Positions 1-13,593 are shown, numbered from the stretch's first letter. The stretch: 64,000 bases of DNA from Polaromonas sp. (GCA_030650875.1 JAUSDK010000229.1:9357-73356), one strand, 5' to 3'. Notes: generated from the letters alone by a model not told the origin. Translations and numbers: made by a program.

Positions 1-239
1 TGGTGGTGGGCATCTGCCCGCATCTGGGCTGCTCGCCTTCTGAAAAGTTCCAGGCCGGTGCCCAGCCGTCCTTGCCAGACGACTGGACTGGCGGTTTCCT
101 TTGTCCCTGCCATGGTTCGACCTTCGACATGGCCGGTCGCGTCTACAAGAACAAGCCCTCCCCCGACAACCTGGAAGTGCCTCCGCACATGTACCTGTCA
201 GATTCAAGACTGCTGATTGGCGAAGACAAGAAAGCCTGA
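1..239 (+). CDS. petA: Ubiquinol-cytochrome c reductase Rieske Fe-S subunit, 3' part (truncated by window start)
   Basis: CPHLGC and CPCHGS Rieske motifs; upstream of cytochrome b. Confidence 0.95.
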   Translation, partial: VVGICPHLGCSPSEKFQAGAQPSLPDDWTGGFLCPCHGSTFDMAGRVYKNKPSPDNLEVPPHMYLSDSRLLIGEDKKA

Positions 240-342
240 AGACGCGCCAACGTCCGAAAAAGACCCTGTCGCCAGCGTCAAAGAACCCGCGTCGCTATCC
301 TAAATAGCCGTCGTTAAAGAACTCACCGAACCAGGATCAGTC

Positions 343-1752
343 ATGGCTGAATTCAAAGAAATTTCTCCCGATGCCCCCTTCGCTGACAAGGCGTTGGCTT
401 GGGTAGACAACCGCTTTCCGGCCAGCAAGCTCTTCAAAGAGCACATGAGCGAGTACTACGCGCCGAAGAACTTTAACTTCTGGTACATCTTTGGCTCGTT
501 GGCGATGCTTGTTTTGGTGATTCAGATCACCACAGGTATTTTCCTGACGATGCACTACAAGCCTGATGCTGCGCTCGCTTTTGCCTCGGTCGAATACATC
601 ATGCGCGACGTGCCTTGGGGCTGGTTGATCCGCTACATGCACTCCACCGGCGCATCTGCCTTCTTTGTGGTGGTTTATCTGCACATGTTCCGGGGCCTGC
701 TGTACGGCAGTTACCGCAAACCGCGCGAATTGATCTGGATTTTTGGCTGTGCCATTTTCCTGTGCCTGATGGCAGAAGCCTTTATGGGCTACCTCTTGCC
801 GTGGGGCCAGATGAGCTACTGGGGCGCCCAGGTGATCGTTAACCTGTTTGCAGCGATTCCTTTTATCGGTCCTGACCTGGCGCTGCTGATTCGCGGCGAC
901 TATGTGGTTGGTGATGCGACGCTGAACCGCTTTTTTGCTTTCCACGTGATTGCGGTGCCGCTGGTGCTGCTCGGTCTGGTGGCCGCACACATCATTGCCC
1001 TGCATGAAGTCGGCTCCAACAACCCGGACGGTGTTGAAATCAAGGGACCGAATGCACCGCGCGACGCCAAAGGCCATCCGCTGGACGGCATTCCTTTCCA
1101 TCCTTACTACACGGTGCATGATATTTTTGGCGTCAGCGTGTTCCTGATGATCTTCACGGCCATCATTTTCTTTGCGCCGGAGTTTGGTGGTTACTTCCTT
1201 GAGTACAACAACTTCATTCCCGCCGATCCTTTGCAAACGCCTTTGCATATCGCACCGGTCTGGTATTTCACGCCCTACTACTCCATGCTCCGTGCCATCA
1301 CGGGCGAGATGATGTATGCGCTGATTGCCTGCGTGCTGGCGGGTGCGGTGCTCGGTGTTGCCAAGGCAAAAATCGCCAACTTGTTCAAGCTCATCATCGT
1401 GGGCGCTGCTGTAGTCGTGGTGGGTGCCATGCTGCTGATTGATGCCAAGTTCTGGGGCGTGGTTGTCATGGGCGGTGCTGTGGTAATCCTGTTTTTCCTG
1501 CCTTGGCTGGACAACAGCGAGGTCAAATCGATCCGTTACCGTCCAAGCTGGAACAAGGTCCTGTATGGTGTTTTCGTGATCAACTTCTTTGTGCTGGGGT
1601 ATCTTGGCGTGCAGCCACCGTCGGCGATTGGCGAGCGCGTGTCGCAAGTCGGTACGCTGTTCTACTTCGGCTTCTTCCTGTTGATGCCTTGGTGGAGTCG
1701 AATCGGCACCTTCAAGCCGGTTCCTGACCGCGTCACCTTTGCTGCCCACTGA
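343..1752 (+). CDS. petB: Cytochrome b of bc1 complex
   Basis: Heme His motifs (RYMHS..LHMFRG), GYLLPWGQMSYWG, PVWY; many TM helices. Confidence 0.97.
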   Translation: MAEFKEISPDAPFADKALAWVDNRFPASKLFKEHMSEYYAPKNFNFWYIFGSLAMLVLVIQITTGIFLTMHYKPDAALAFASVEYIMRDVPWGWLIRYMHSTGASAFFVVVYLHMFRGLLYGSYRKPRELIWIFGCAIFLCLMAEAFMGYLLPWGQMSYWGAQVIVNLFAAIPFIGPDLALLIRGDYVVGDATLNRFFAFHVIAVPLVLLGLVAAHIIALHEVGSNNPDGVEIKGPNAPRDAKGHPLDGIPFHPYYTVHDIFGVSVFLMIFTAIIFFAPEFGGYFLEYNNFIPADPLQTPLHIAPVWYFTPYYSMLRAITGEMMYALIACVLAGAVLGVAKAKIANLFKLIIVGAAVVVVGAMLLIDAKFWGVVVMGGAVVILFFLPWLDNSEVKSIRYRPSWNKVLYGVFVINFFVLGYLGVQPPSAIGERVSQVGTLFYFGFFLLMPWWSRIGTFKPVPDRVTFAAH

Positions 1753-1772
1753 GTTTAAAGAGACTTGCAACC

Positions 1773-2528
1773 ATGAAAAAATTGATTCTCTCCCTCATCA
1801 TGGCACTCGGCTTGGTGACTGGTGCTCAGGCCTCAGGTGGCGGACTTGCCTGGGACAAAGCACCCATCAAGACCAACGACATGGCCGCCCTGCAAAACGG
1901 CGCAAAATTGTTTGTCAACTACTGCCTGAGCTGCCACTCGGCAGCGTTCATGCGCTTTAACCGTCTGCAAGATATCGGCCTGACCGAGCGGCAGATCAAG
2001 GACAACCTGCTTTTCACCACCGACAAGGTCGGCGAAACCATGAAGGCGGCGATTGATCCCAAGCAGGCCAAAGACTGGTTTGGCGCCAATCCGCCCGACC
2101 TGACCGTGATTGCACGTTCACGTTCCGGCGCTGGCGGCACGGGTGCAGATTACCTCTACACCTACATGCGCACCTTTTACCGTGATGACACCAAGGCCAC
2201 TGGCTGGAACAATATGGCGTTTCCCAACATCGCCATGCCGCACGTGCTGTGGGAGTTGCAAGGTGAGCGCAAGCCGGTCTACTTCGAGAAGGAAGAGCAT
2301 GGCCACAAGGTCTCCATCCTGAAGGGCTGGCAGCAAGTGACGCCGGGCACCATGACGCCGTTGCAGTACGATCAAGCCATCGGTGATCTGGTCGGTTACC
2401 TTCAGTGGATGGGTGAGCCCGCCCAAAATACGCGTGTTCGTGTGGGTGTCTGGGTGCTGATTTTCCTTCTTTGCTTGAGCTTTGTTGCCTGGCGCCTGAA
2501 TGCGGCGTTCTGGAAAGACGTCAAGTAA
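1773..2528 (+). CDS. petC: Cytochrome c1
   Basis: Signal peptide, CLSCH heme motif, PPDL, C-terminal TM anchor. Confidence 0.96.
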   Translation: MKKLILSLIMALGLVTGAQASGGGLAWDKAPIKTNDMAALQNGAKLFVNYCLSCHSAAFMRFNRLQDIGLTERQIKDNLLFTTDKVGETMKAAIDPKQAKDWFGANPPDLTVIARSRSGAGGTGADYLYTYMRTFYRDDTKATGWNNMAFPNIAMPHVLWELQGERKPVYFEKEEHGHKVSILKGWQQVTPGTMTPLQYDQAIGDLVGYLQWMGEPAQNTRVRVGVWVLIFLLCLSFVAWRLNAAFWKDVK

Positions 2529-2584
2529 ATTTTTTCGTCGTTTAGTGTGCCGCGGGTGTGCCCAGGTGCGCATCGGCACCTTCG

Positions 2585-2632
2585 GAGTGGAGGGGCCCAA
2601 GGGTTGACTCTTGGCCTCCACTCTTTTGCTTT
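2585..2632 (+). terminator. Intrinsic terminator-like hairpin after petC
   Basis: GAGTGGAGG...CCTCCACTC stem with inner CCAAG/CTTGG, followed by TTTTGCTTT. Confidence 0.6.
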
Positions 2633-2647
2633 CAGGAGTTCCGAATC

Positions 2648-3259
2648 ATGATGGTCCTTTATTCAGGTACAACCTGCCCCTTTTCCCACCGCTGCCGTTT
2701 TGTGCTGTTTGAAAAGGGGATGGATTTTGAAATTCGCGATGTGGATTTGTACAACAAGCCGGAAGACATCAATGTGATGAACCCCTACGGCCAGGTGCCT
2801 ATCCTGGTCGAGCGAGACCTGATTCTGTACGAGTCAAACATCATCAACGAATACATCGACGAACGTTTCCCGCATCCACAACTGATGCCGGGCGACCCTG
2901 TTGATCGGGCGCGCGTGCGCTTGTTCCTGCTGAATTTCGAGAAGGAACTGTTTGTTCACGTCAATGCGCTGGAGTCCCGCGCAGCCAAAGGGAATGAAAA
3001 GTCCCTCGAAAAGTCCCGCGCACACATTCGTGACCGTCTGACACAGTTAGCCCCTATTTTCCTTAAGAACAAGTTCATGCTGGGCGACAATTTCTCCATG
3101 CTGGACGTGGCGATTGCGCCGTTGCTGTGGCGCCTGGACTACTACGGTATTGACCTGTCGAAAAATGCCGCTCCGCTGCTGAAATATGCCGAGCGCATTT
3201 TTTCGCGCCCCGCTTACATTGAAGCGCTGACGCCTTCTGAAAAGGTCATGCGCAAGTAA
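2648..3259 (+). CDS. sspA: Stringent starvation protein A (GST-like)
   Basis: MMVLYSGTTCPFSHR, NPYGQVP, YIDERFPHP; AGGAG RBS; petABC-sspAB synteny. Confidence 0.95.
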   Translation: MMVLYSGTTCPFSHRCRFVLFEKGMDFEIRDVDLYNKPEDINVMNPYGQVPILVERDLILYESNIINEYIDERFPHPQLMPGDPVDRARVRLFLLNFEKELFVHVNALESRAAKGNEKSLEKSRAHIRDRLTQLAPIFLKNKFMLGDNFSMLDVAIAPLLWRLDYYGIDLSKNAAPLLKYAERIFSRPAYIEALTPSEKVMRK

Positions 3260-3302
3260 TGGCCGTATTCAACTACCGGATCAAATAGTTTTGGCTGATT
3301 TC

Positions 3303-3848
3303 ATGAATGCGCTGGATGCCACGTCAACGCGTCCGTATCTGATACGGGCTCTGCATGAGTGGTGTACTGATAACGGTTTTACGCCTTACATCGCGGTGTT
3401 GGTGGATGAAACCGTGCAGGTTCCGCGCGAGTATGTGAAGAACAACGAAATTGTGCTCAATATCGGTTTTGATGCGACCAGTTCGCTGAAGCTCGGTAAC
3501 GAGTTCATCGAGTTCAAGGCGCGTTTTGCGGGCAGTGGACGGGAAATCATGGTGCCGATCACGCATGTGATTGCCATCTATGCGCGCGAAAATGGGCAGG
3601 GCATGTCGTTTCCAATGATGCTGCCTGCGGCGGTTTCTTTGAAGGGCGTCGATACGGCTTCGGCCACGCCATTGGTCTCTGAGACGGGCATGACGTCGTC
3701 TGTCAACGCGGCAGCAGATGCGCCTGAGATCAAGATCATGCAGTTGGTGCCTGAAAGCGCTGCAAGTTCCGGTGAAGAGGGCCCTGATATGCCGGAGCCT
3801 CCCAAATCACCGCCGCGGACGCGGCCCGCACTGACCCGCGTCAAGTAG
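3303..3848 (+). CDS. sspB: ClpXP specificity-enhancing factor SspB
   Basis: STRPYLIRALHEWCTDN, IYARENGQG, C-terminal RPALTRVK ClpX-binding tail. Confidence 0.93.
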   Translation: MNALDATSTRPYLIRALHEWCTDNGFTPYIAVLVDETVQVPREYVKNNEIVLNIGFDATSSLKLGNEFIEFKARFAGSGREIMVPITHVIAIYARENGQGMSFPMMLPAAVSLKGVDTASATPLVSETGMTSSVNAAADAPEIKIMQLVPESAASSGEEGPDMPEPPKSPPRTRPALTRVK

Positions 3849-3867
3849 AATCAGTGATTAAGTTTGT

Positions 3868-3943
3868 GCCGCTTTAGCTCAGTTGGTAGAGCAACCGCCT
3901 TGTAAGCGGTAGGTCGTCAGTTCGATTCCGACAAGCGGCACCA
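3868..3943 (+). tRNA. tRNA-Thr(TGT)
   Basis: GCCGCTT/AAGCGGC acceptor stem, D-loop AGTTGGTA, anticodon loop CTTGTAA, TTCGATT T-loop, encoded CCA; 76 nt. Confidence 0.96.
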
Positions 3944-4076
3944 TTTTTTCTTGATTCCAACAGATGCATCATTGCAGCTGCACCTGGCGGCTGTCAGTTG
4001 CTGCCAAATGCAGGCATAAAAGCCAAGCTAGCCAGGAATGCGCGTACTGCAGATTCCTGCGGCGCTGGCCTCAAGA

Positions 4077-4394
4077 TCATTTCTTGGCTATTAGTAGCTT
4101 CAGCCGAATTGAGGTAACCTTCCACCCTTTGTTCAGCAAGCGCGCCTGAATCAATGGGATCAGCTGCCTGACTTTTGCGGCGGCGGCGTTACCGTTCACC
4201 AGCAAGCACCAGCTTTCGCCATCGATAGGTCCGGCTTTGATGGCAGGGCGCAGGGCGGCGGGCAACAGTGACTCGATTGCCTTTAGCCTGTCGTTGGATT
4301 CCCTTACCAATTCTGTAAGCTTGGCCAGGGAGGGGGCATTTCCAGCGGCTTGATGGATGCTTAAGGCCTCGGGGAGGCGCCGGAATGTGTTCAC
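4077..4394 (-). CDS. DciA/DUF721-like protein
   Basis: LLPAALRPAIKAG..NAAAAKVRQLIP pattern; divergent from M23-secA as is typical for DUF721. Confidence 0.7.
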   Translation of the reverse strand: MNTFRRLPEALSIHQAAGNAPSLAKLTELVRESNDRLKAIESLLPAALRPAIKAGPIDGESWCLLVNGNAAAAKVRQLIPLIQARLLNKGWKVTSIRLKLLIAKK

Positions 4395-4444
4395 GGTAAG
4401 CTGGATTTGGCCGGCGAAGCGCAGGCTTTAAAAGAGGTAGACAT

Positions 4445-5428
4445 GTGCAATTGATTATCACGGATGCGTGGCTGGCCAAAAGCCGGGCTATTTACCTGAG
4501 CGGTACACGACTGGTGGTCGCGGGAATGCTTTGCGCATTGGCGCTCATGCTGGTCTCGGCAGGCCTTTATCACTGGGTATTTCTCAAGGGCGCGCGTGAA
4601 GGCTGGCCAGTGATTGGCGCACTGGTCAAGTTGGTGGTCAAGGATGAGTTTGACCAGCGCGACCGGTTTCTTCGCGAGAATCTTGATGCGATGGCCAGGC
4701 GGGTCGGTGAAATGCAGGCCAAGCTCATACAGATGGAGTCATTGGGTGAGCGTGTATCAGGGCTGGCGGGCGTCAGTCCGCCTGATCTCAAGCGCTTGCC
4801 GGGGAGCGGCGGTGCGCTGGTGTCCGGACGCACTGTCACGATGGAGGAGCTCCAGGATACGCTGTCCGATCTGGATAAGTTGACCGACCAGCGGGTTGAT
4901 TTGCTGACCGTGATGGAGTCGCGGCTTTTTGACGAAAAGATTAAAAAAATGTTGGTTCCGACCCAGGAACCCGTTGCGGGCGGCAACCTGGGTTCTGCGT
5001 TTGGCTGGCGCATTGATCCGCTCAATGGGCGCTCTGCCTTGCATACGGGGCTGGATTTTCCTTCGGAACCTGGTACCGCCATTCTTTCTGCTGCGGGTGG
5101 CGTGGTCGTGACGCAGGAATACCACCCCGCCTATGGAAATATGGTGGACGTCGATCATGGCAATGAGTTGCTCACGCGCTACGCCCATGCTTCCCGGGTG
5201 ATGGTTAAAAAGGGTGATCTGGTCAAACGTGGCCAAAAAATTGCCGAAGTGGGCAGCACGGGTCGTTCAACCGGCCCTCACCTGCATTTCGAGGTATTGG
5301 TCCAGGGTGTTTATCAGGATCCGCAAAAGTTTTTGACGGCAGGGCAACAAGTACCCACGGCCCCGGTTGTCGTGTCGGCCTTGAGGCCGCTTTCCCGATC
5401 TGCCGTGCCGCAGATCCGGGCTGACTGA
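4445..5428 (+). CDS. M23 family metallopeptidase
   Basis: N-terminal TM, coiled coil, HTGLD and STGPHLHFEV motifs. Confidence 0.92.
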   Translation: MQLIITDAWLAKSRAIYLSGTRLVVAGMLCALALMLVSAGLYHWVFLKGAREGWPVIGALVKLVVKDEFDQRDRFLRENLDAMARRVGEMQAKLIQMESLGERVSGLAGVSPPDLKRLPGSGGALVSGRTVTMEELQDTLSDLDKLTDQRVDLLTVMESRLFDEKIKKMLVPTQEPVAGGNLGSAFGWRIDPLNGRSALHTGLDFPSEPGTAILSAAGGVVVTQEYHPAYGNMVDVDHGNELLTRYAHASRVMVKKGDLVKRGQKIAEVGSTGRSTGPHLHFEVLVQGVYQDPQKFLTAGQQVPTAPVVVSALRPLSRSAVPQIRAD

Positions 5429-5545
5429 GGCCTGTTGCCAAGTAATTCGCGTTTGCCCACTTGGGTGTCTGTCCCCACCTTTGCTGTTTTGGGGGCAAAG
5501 GTACTGAGGCTTCGGGCAGAGTTAAACTCAACGGGTTTGCACACA

Positions 5546-5571
5546 GTTGAACTAACTGATAGTGCCCACAT
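5546..5571 (+). promoter_or_regulatory. Possible sigma32-like promoter upstream of secA
   Basis: GTTGAA-N13-CCCACAT resembles the RpoH consensus. Confidence 0.3.
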
Positions 5572-5645
5572 TTAAGTTCCGTACTCAACAAGGGATTTCA
5601 GCCGTATTGCCAACTCTCGGGAGCGGGCAATGCGGCCTCGTATTT

Positions 5646-8411
<2,766 letters not shown>

Positions 8412-8470
8412 GCCCGCCGGGCTTGCGTCTGCGCTAACCTACCCATCCCTGGTTTTCTGGAGTCAAGAAC

Positions 8471-9712
8471 ATGCCTGTGAATTTGCTTGCTACGCCTGCG
8501 GCGGACCTCTACCCTGTGCCTGGCGCGCGCTGGGGTATCACGCAAGCGGGGATACGCAAGGCGGACCGCAAAGACTTGGCCGTGTTACTGCTGGACGAGG
8601 GTGCGTGCGTAGGGGCTGTTTTCACGCAAAACAGGTTTTGTGCCGCGCCGGTGCAAATTTGCCGTGCGCACATGGCCAGGAATGCAGGTCAAAGCCACGG
8701 TATTCGTGCCATGTTGATCAACACCGGCAACGCCAATGCGGGCACCGGCGACGAAGGCTTGAACCGCGCGCAGGCCTGCTGCATCGCGCTGGCCCGCGCA
8801 CTCAATCTGTCGCCCGAGCAAGTCCTGCCGTTTTCCACGGGCGTGATCATGGAGCCCTTGCCCCATGACCGCATTGTGGCCGGGCTTGCGGCCGCGCTGG
8901 CAGATGCCAGGCCAGACAACTGGGCCCAGGCGGCCGAGGCCATCATGACCACGGACACGGTGGCCAAGGCCTTTTCAACCCGCATTACGCTGGGCGGCGT
9001 TACCGTCACGATTACCGGCATCAGCAAGGGCGCCGGCATGATTCGGCCCAATATGGCGACCATGCTGGGTTTCCTGGCAACCGACGCTTGTGTTTCGCAG
9101 CCGCTCATGAACCAGCTGGCCAGGGAACTGGCGGAAGGCTCTTTCAACCGCGTCACCATCGATGGCGACACGTCCACCAACGACTCATTTGTGGTCGTTG
9201 CCACCAACAAGGCCCAACATGCCCCGGTGACCTCCCTGGACAGCACGGACGGCCAGGTGTTGCGCGCCGCCATGATGGCGATCGCGAAAAAGCTGGCGCA
9301 GGCGATTGTGCGGGATGGAGAAGGCGCCACCAAGTTCATTACTGTGCAGGTCGAAGGCGGAAAAACCGGCGAGGAATGCCGCAAGGTAGCCTACGCAATC
9401 GCCCATTCACCGCTGGTCAAAACGGCATTTTTCGCCAGTGACCCGAACCTGGGTCGTATTCTGGCTGCGGTCGGCTACGCCGGCATTGACGATCTGGACC
9501 AGACCAAAATAGATCTGTACCTCGATGAGGTGCTGGTGGCCAAGAATGGCGGCAGGCATGTTGATTATCTGGAAGCCGACGGGCAGCGCGTCATGAAGCA
9601 AAGTGAAATCACAGTGCGTGTGGTGCTCGGCCGGGGAGAGGCCGCCGATACGGTCTGGACTTGCGACTTGTCTTACGACTATGTGAAGATCAACGCCGAC
9701 TACCGAAGCTAA
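8471..9712 (+). CDS. argJ: Bifunctional glutamate N-acetyltransferase/amino-acid acetyltransferase
   Basis: [39 protein letters not shown] end. Confidence 0.96.
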   Translation: MPVNLLATPAADLYPVPGARWGITQAGIRKADRKDLAVLLLDEGACVGAVFTQNRFCAAPVQICRAHMARNAGQSHGIRAMLINTGNANAGTGDEGLNRAQACCIALARALNLSPEQVLPFSTGVIMEPLPHDRIVAGLAAALADARPDNWAQAAEAIMTTDTVAKAFSTRITLGGVTVTITGISKGAGMIRPNMATMLGFLATDACVSQPLMNQLARELAEGSFNRVTIDGDTSTNDSFVVVATNKAQHAPVTSLDSTDGQVLRAAMMAIAKKLAQAIVRDGEGATKFITVQVEGGKTGEECRKVAYAIAHSPLVKTAFFASDPNLGRILAAVGYAGIDDLDQTKIDLYLDEVLVAKNGGRHVDYLEADGQRVMKQSEITVRVVLGRGEAADTVWTCDLSYDYVKINADYRS

Positions 9713-9714
9713 GC

Positions 9715-10599
9715 ATGAACGAGCAGTTTGAACGCCTGATGGGGCGCCTGGAATCCCTGATGACGCGGATCGAGTCCGTCTTGCCGCAACCCTTGTCGGC
9801 CCCGGACTGGACGGCATCCGTTGCTTATCGTTATCGCAAGCGCAGTTCGGGTCATGGCGCGCTGGAGCCGGTCAGGCATCTGGGCGTCATGCGCCTGACC
9901 GACCTGAAAGAGATCGACGACCAGAAAGAAAAGATCCAGCGCAACACCGAACAGTTTGTCAGCGGCAAGCCGGCCAACAACGTCTTGTTGACTGGCTCGC
10001 GCGGTACCGGCAAGTCGTCCCTGATCAAGGCCTGCCTGAATGAATATTCAGCCCGGGGCTTGCGGCTGATTGAAGTCGACAAGGCGGACCTGACGGATCT
10101 GCCGGACATCGTGGAGGTGGTTTCCGGCTTGCCCGAGAAATTCATCGTTTTTTGCGATGACCTCAGCTTTGAAGAAGGCGAGCCCGGCTACAAGGCGCTC
10201 AAATCCATTCTGGATGGATCGATTGCCGCTGCGACGCCCAACGTGCTGGTCTACGCCACCAGTAACCGGCGCCACTTGCTGCCCGAATACATGATGGAGA
10301 ACCTCACCTACACGCATACCGACGATGGCGAAGTCCATCCTGGTGAAGTCGTGGAGGAGAAAATCTCTCTGTCCGAGCGCTTTGGCCTGTGGGTCAGCTT
10401 TTACCCGTTCAGCCAGGACGAGTACCTCAGCATCGTGGCCCAGTGGCTGTCGTCCTTCGGTGCGGCGCCAGACGCGATTGCCGCAGCGCGTCCGGCCTCG
10501 CTGGTGTGGGCGCTCGAGCGTGGCTCGCGCAGTGGGCGCGTGGCCTACCAGTTTGCGCGTGACTACGCCGGTCAGCATCCCGATATCCGGGCGTCATGA
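9715..10599 (+). CDS. AAA+ ATP-binding protein, DUF815 family
   Basis: Walker A GSRGTGKS, FCDDLSF, ATSNRRHL, RSGRVAYQF. Confidence 0.88.
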   Translation: MNEQFERLMGRLESLMTRIESVLPQPLSAPDWTASVAYRYRKRSSGHGALEPVRHLGVMRLTDLKEIDDQKEKIQRNTEQFVSGKPANNVLLTGSRGTGKSSLIKACLNEYSARGLRLIEVDKADLTDLPDIVEVVSGLPEKFIVFCDDLSFEEGEPGYKALKSILDGSIAAATPNVLVYATSNRRHLLPEYMMENLTYTHTDDGEVHPGEVVEEKISLSERFGLWVSFYPFSQDEYLSIVAQWLSSFGAAPDAIAAARPASLVWALERGSRSGRVAYQFARDYAGQHPDIRAS

Positions 10600-11108
10600 G
10601 CGCACCGGTGCTGATGGCCGACGCCGGCCTGCCCCGCGAGGGCGGCGCAGACCGCAAGGTGGTGGAGGTGGCGGTTGGCGTGCTGATTCAGGCGGATGGC
10701 CAGTTTCTGCTCACGTCGCGCCCTTGCGGCAAGGTCTACGAAGGCTACTGGGAGTTTCCGGGCGGCAAACTGGAGCCCGGCGAGAGCGTCGCGCAGGCGC
10801 TTCGCCGCGAGCTTAAGGAAGAAATCGGCATCACCATCGGTGCAGTGCACCCGTGGAAGGTCGAGATGGTCGATTACCCGCACGCCCTGGTCCGCCTGAA
10901 TTTTTGCAAGGTATTTGACTGGACCGGCGAGCTGCAGATGCGCGAAGGCCAGTCGTTTGCCTGGCAGGCTTTGCCCGTCACGGTGCAGCCTGTGTTGCCA
11001 GGCACGGTTCCGGTTCTGGACTGGTTTGCCCGGGAACGCGAATTTTCTGGTGCCACGCACGCAGCGGTGGGCGTCCCCGGTGACTTGAAGCAGCACGCTA
11101 GCCGTTAA
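10596..11108 (+). CDS. mutT: MutT-like Nudix hydrolase
   Basis: WEFPGGKLEPGE..ALRRELKEEIG Nudix box; REGQ motif. Confidence 0.8.
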   Translation: MSAPVLMADAGLPREGGADRKVVEVAVGVLIQADGQFLLTSRPCGKVYEGYWEFPGGKLEPGESVAQALRRELKEEIGITIGAVHPWKVEMVDYPHALVRLNFCKVFDWTGELQMREGQSFAWQALPVTVQPVLPGTVPVLDWFAREREFSGATHAAVGVPGDLKQHASR

Positions 11109-11730
11109 ATTCCCACTGCTTGCTGGCGCCCAGTACCGCGTTGGGGTAGGGCGCCTTGCCGCGCGATCCGTTGTAGCGGCCCAGCCCCAGAAACAAGTCG
11201 CCTTTTTCCCGGTCCAGGTAGTGGCGCAGAATCACGCAGCCGAAGCGCAGGTTGGTCTGCATCTGAAATAGCTGGCCAGCGTCGCCATCGCCAATCACGC
11301 GCGTCCAGAAGGGCATGACCTGCATGTAGCCGCGCGCGCCTACCTGGCTCACGGCAAACTTGCGGAAGTTGCTCTCGACCTGAATCAGGCCCAGCACCAG
11401 TGTCACATCCAGTCCGGCGCGCTTGGCTTCGTACCAGACGGTCTGAAGAAATTCCTTGCGTATCTGCCATTCCGGCTTTTTCTTTTTGAGCCGCTCGCCC
11501 ATGGCGCCCAGCCAGCGCAGGTATACCAGCCGGCTTTCAATGTCCCTGAAGTCTGGTATCGGCGGCGCACGATGGGCAATGGCCGCATTCAGGGCCGTGC
11601 GCACAGAGTCCATGAGCGGCTCTTCAAGCTGAGAGCCAGCGCTTGCCTGCTCTGAAAAAAGTAGCGGTGTTCCGGCACTTGCTATGCGCAGCAGGCACTT
11701 CCTTCTTGAGAGCTTATCCAAGGCGGTCAA
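11098..11730 (-). CDS. Lytic transglycosylase (SLT domain)
   Basis: IQVESNF, GARGYMQVMP, YNG motifs; probable TTG start after AGGA, just downstream of proS. Confidence 0.88.
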   Translation of the reverse strand: MTALDKLSRRKCLLRIASAGTPLLFSEQASAGSQLEEPLMDSVRTALNAAIAHRAPPIPDFRDIESRLVYLRWLGAMGERLKKKKPEWQIRKEFLQTVWYEAKRAGLDVTLVLGLIQVESNFRKFAVSQVGARGYMQVMPFWTRVIGDGDAGQLFQMQTNLRFGCVILRHYLDREKGDLFLGLGRYNGSRGKAPYPNAVLGASKQWEFNG

Positions 11731-11737
11731 ACAGTCC

Positions 11738-13480
11738 TCACAGCGCCAGTTTTCCCTTGAGGAAGTCCAGCGCGCCAGCCGCATCAATCTTGCTGGCGGC
11801 GGTGTCCCGGCGGTGCTGGTATTCGAGCTGGCCCTCTTTAAGTCCACGGTCCCCGATGGTCACGCGGTGCGGCACGCCGATCAACTCCCAATCGGCAAAC
11901 ATGGCGCCAGGCCGCTCGTTGCGGTCGTCCAGAATCACATCGACGCCAGCGGCGAGAAGTTCTTTGTAGAGCTTGTCAGCGGCCGCCTGGACGTCGGGGA
12001 AGCGGTCAGGGCTGATCGGGCACAGCACTACGGTAAACGGCGCAATCGCGTCGGGCCAGATGATGCCGCGCTCGTCGTGGTTTTGCTCAATGGCCGCTGC
12101 CGGCAACCGGGTAATGCCAATGCCGTAGCAGCCCATTTCCATGAACTGCGGCTTGCCATTTTCACCGAGGAAGGTGGCGTTCATGGCCTGGCTGTATTTG
12201 GTGCCGAGGTAGAAAACATGGCCGACCTCAATGCCGCGCTCGATGGCCAGCACGCCCTTGCCGTCGGGGGAGGCGTCGCCGGCGACCACATTGCGGATGT
12301 CGGCGATCAGGTCGGGCTCTGGCAGGTCACGGCCCCAGTTGACCCCGGTGATGTGAAAGTCAGCTTCATTGGCGCCGCAGATCCAGTCGGCCATCACGGC
12401 GACTTCGCGGTCCACTACCAGCTTGACCGGCTTTTTGAGGTCAAGCGGTCCCAGGTAGCCGGGCTCGCAGCCAAAATGCTCATCGATTTCCGTCAGGCTG
12501 GCGAACCGGAAGCTTGCCAGCCCTGGCACCTTGCCGACCTTGACCTCGTTCATGCTGTGGTCGCCACGCAGCAGCAGCAGCCAGACCTGCGTCTTGATGA
12601 CTTCGCCGGCTTCGTTGGTCTGGTCAGTGGCCAGTACCAGGGACTTGACGGTGGTGTCGAGCGCAATGCCGAGCAACTCCGCGACCTCGGCGCAGGTCGC
12701 CTTGCCGGGGGTGGGCGTTTTGGCCATGGCTTGCGATGCAGGCTGGCGTGGGCCAGCGGGCGCCAGCGCTTCGGCCTTTTCCATGTTGGCCGCGTAGTCG
12801 CTGCTGGGGCAGTAGACGATGGCGTCTTCGCCCGTCGCAGCGATCACCTGGAATTCTTCGCTCAAGTCGCCGCCAATGGCGCCGCTGTCAGCGGCCACGG
12901 CGCGGTAGGTCAGGCCGAAACGGTCAAAAATTCGCCGGTAGGCCTGCGCCATGTTTTGATAGCTGACCTTGGCTGCAGCCTGGTCGCGGTCAAAGCTGTA
13001 GGCGTCTTTCATGATGAATTCACGACCCCGCATCAGGCCAAACCGTGGACGGCGCTCGTCGCGGAACTTGGTCTGGATCTGGTACAGGTTTTTGGGCAGC
13101 TGCTTGTAGCTTCTGATGTCCTGGCGCATCACATCGGTAATGACCTCTTCGCTGGTCGGCTGGATCACGAAATCGCGGCCGTGGCGGTCCTTGATGCGCA
13201 GCATCTCGGGTCCCATGGCTTCAAACCGGCCGGTTTCCTGCCAGAGTTCAGCCGGCTGGATCACCGGCATGCTCATTTCAATGGCGCCAGCCCGGTTCAT
13301 TTCCTCGCGAACAATGGCCTCGACTTTACGAATCACGCGCAGGCCCATGGGCATGTAGTTGTAAATGCCGGCGCCCAGTTTTTTAATCAGGCCCGCGCGG
13401 GTCATGAGCTGATGGCTCACAACTTCCGCGTCCGCAGGGGCTTCTTTCAAGGTGGAAATGAAGAACTGGGAGGCTTTCAT
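11738..13480 (-). CDS. proS: Proline--tRNA ligase
   Basis: [20 protein letters not shown] editing domain, GCYGIG motif 3, anticodon-binding domain. Confidence 0.98.
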   Translation of the reverse strand: MKASQFFISTLKEAPADAEVVSHQLMTRAGLIKKLGAGIYNYMPMGLRVIRKVEAIVREEMNRAGAIEMSMPVIQPAELWQETGRFEAMGPEMLRIKDRHGRDFVIQPTSEEVITDVMRQDIRSYKQLPKNLYQIQTKFRDERRPRFGLMRGREFIMKDAYSFDRDQAAAKVSYQNMAQAYRRIFDRFGLTYRAVAADSGAIGGDLSEEFQVIAATGEDAIVYCPSSDYAANMEKAEALAPAGPRQPASQAMAKTPTPGKATCAEVAELLGIALDTTVKSLVLATDQTNEAGEVIKTQVWLLLLRGDHSMNEVKVGKVPGLASFRFASLTEIDEHFGCEPGYLGPLDLKKPVKLVVDREVAVMADWICGANEADFHITGVNWGRDLPEPDLIADIRNVVAGDASPDGKGVLAIERGIEVGHVFYLGTKYSQAMNATFLGENGKPQFMEMGCYGIGITRLPAAAIEQNHDERGIIWPDAIAPFTVVLCPISPDRFPDVQAAADKLYKELLAAGVDVILDDRNERPGAMFADWELIGVPHRVTIGDRGLKEGQLEYQHRRDTAASKIDAAGALDFLKGKLAL

Positions 13481-13593
13481 GGGCTATTTTTCTGGGCTTG
13501 GGGGTGGTTTTGGGGCTGGTACCGTGCGCTGTGCTTGGCGCCGGGGCCTTCGCTGTGCATAATGGACGCAGTTTAAAAATTTGAGGTTTGATT

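Noticed and set aside
1250-1270. PVWY instead of PEWY in cytochrome b
   Set aside because: Known variant in beta/gammaproteobacterial bc1 complexes.
3868-4076. tRNA-Thr as an island integration site
   Set aside because: No integrase or duplicated tRNA 3' end seen in the window; core genes follow directly.
11684-13576. 630-aa ORF antisense to proS
   Set aside because: Shadow ORF from GC-rich codon bias; no recognisable motifs; proS explains the region.
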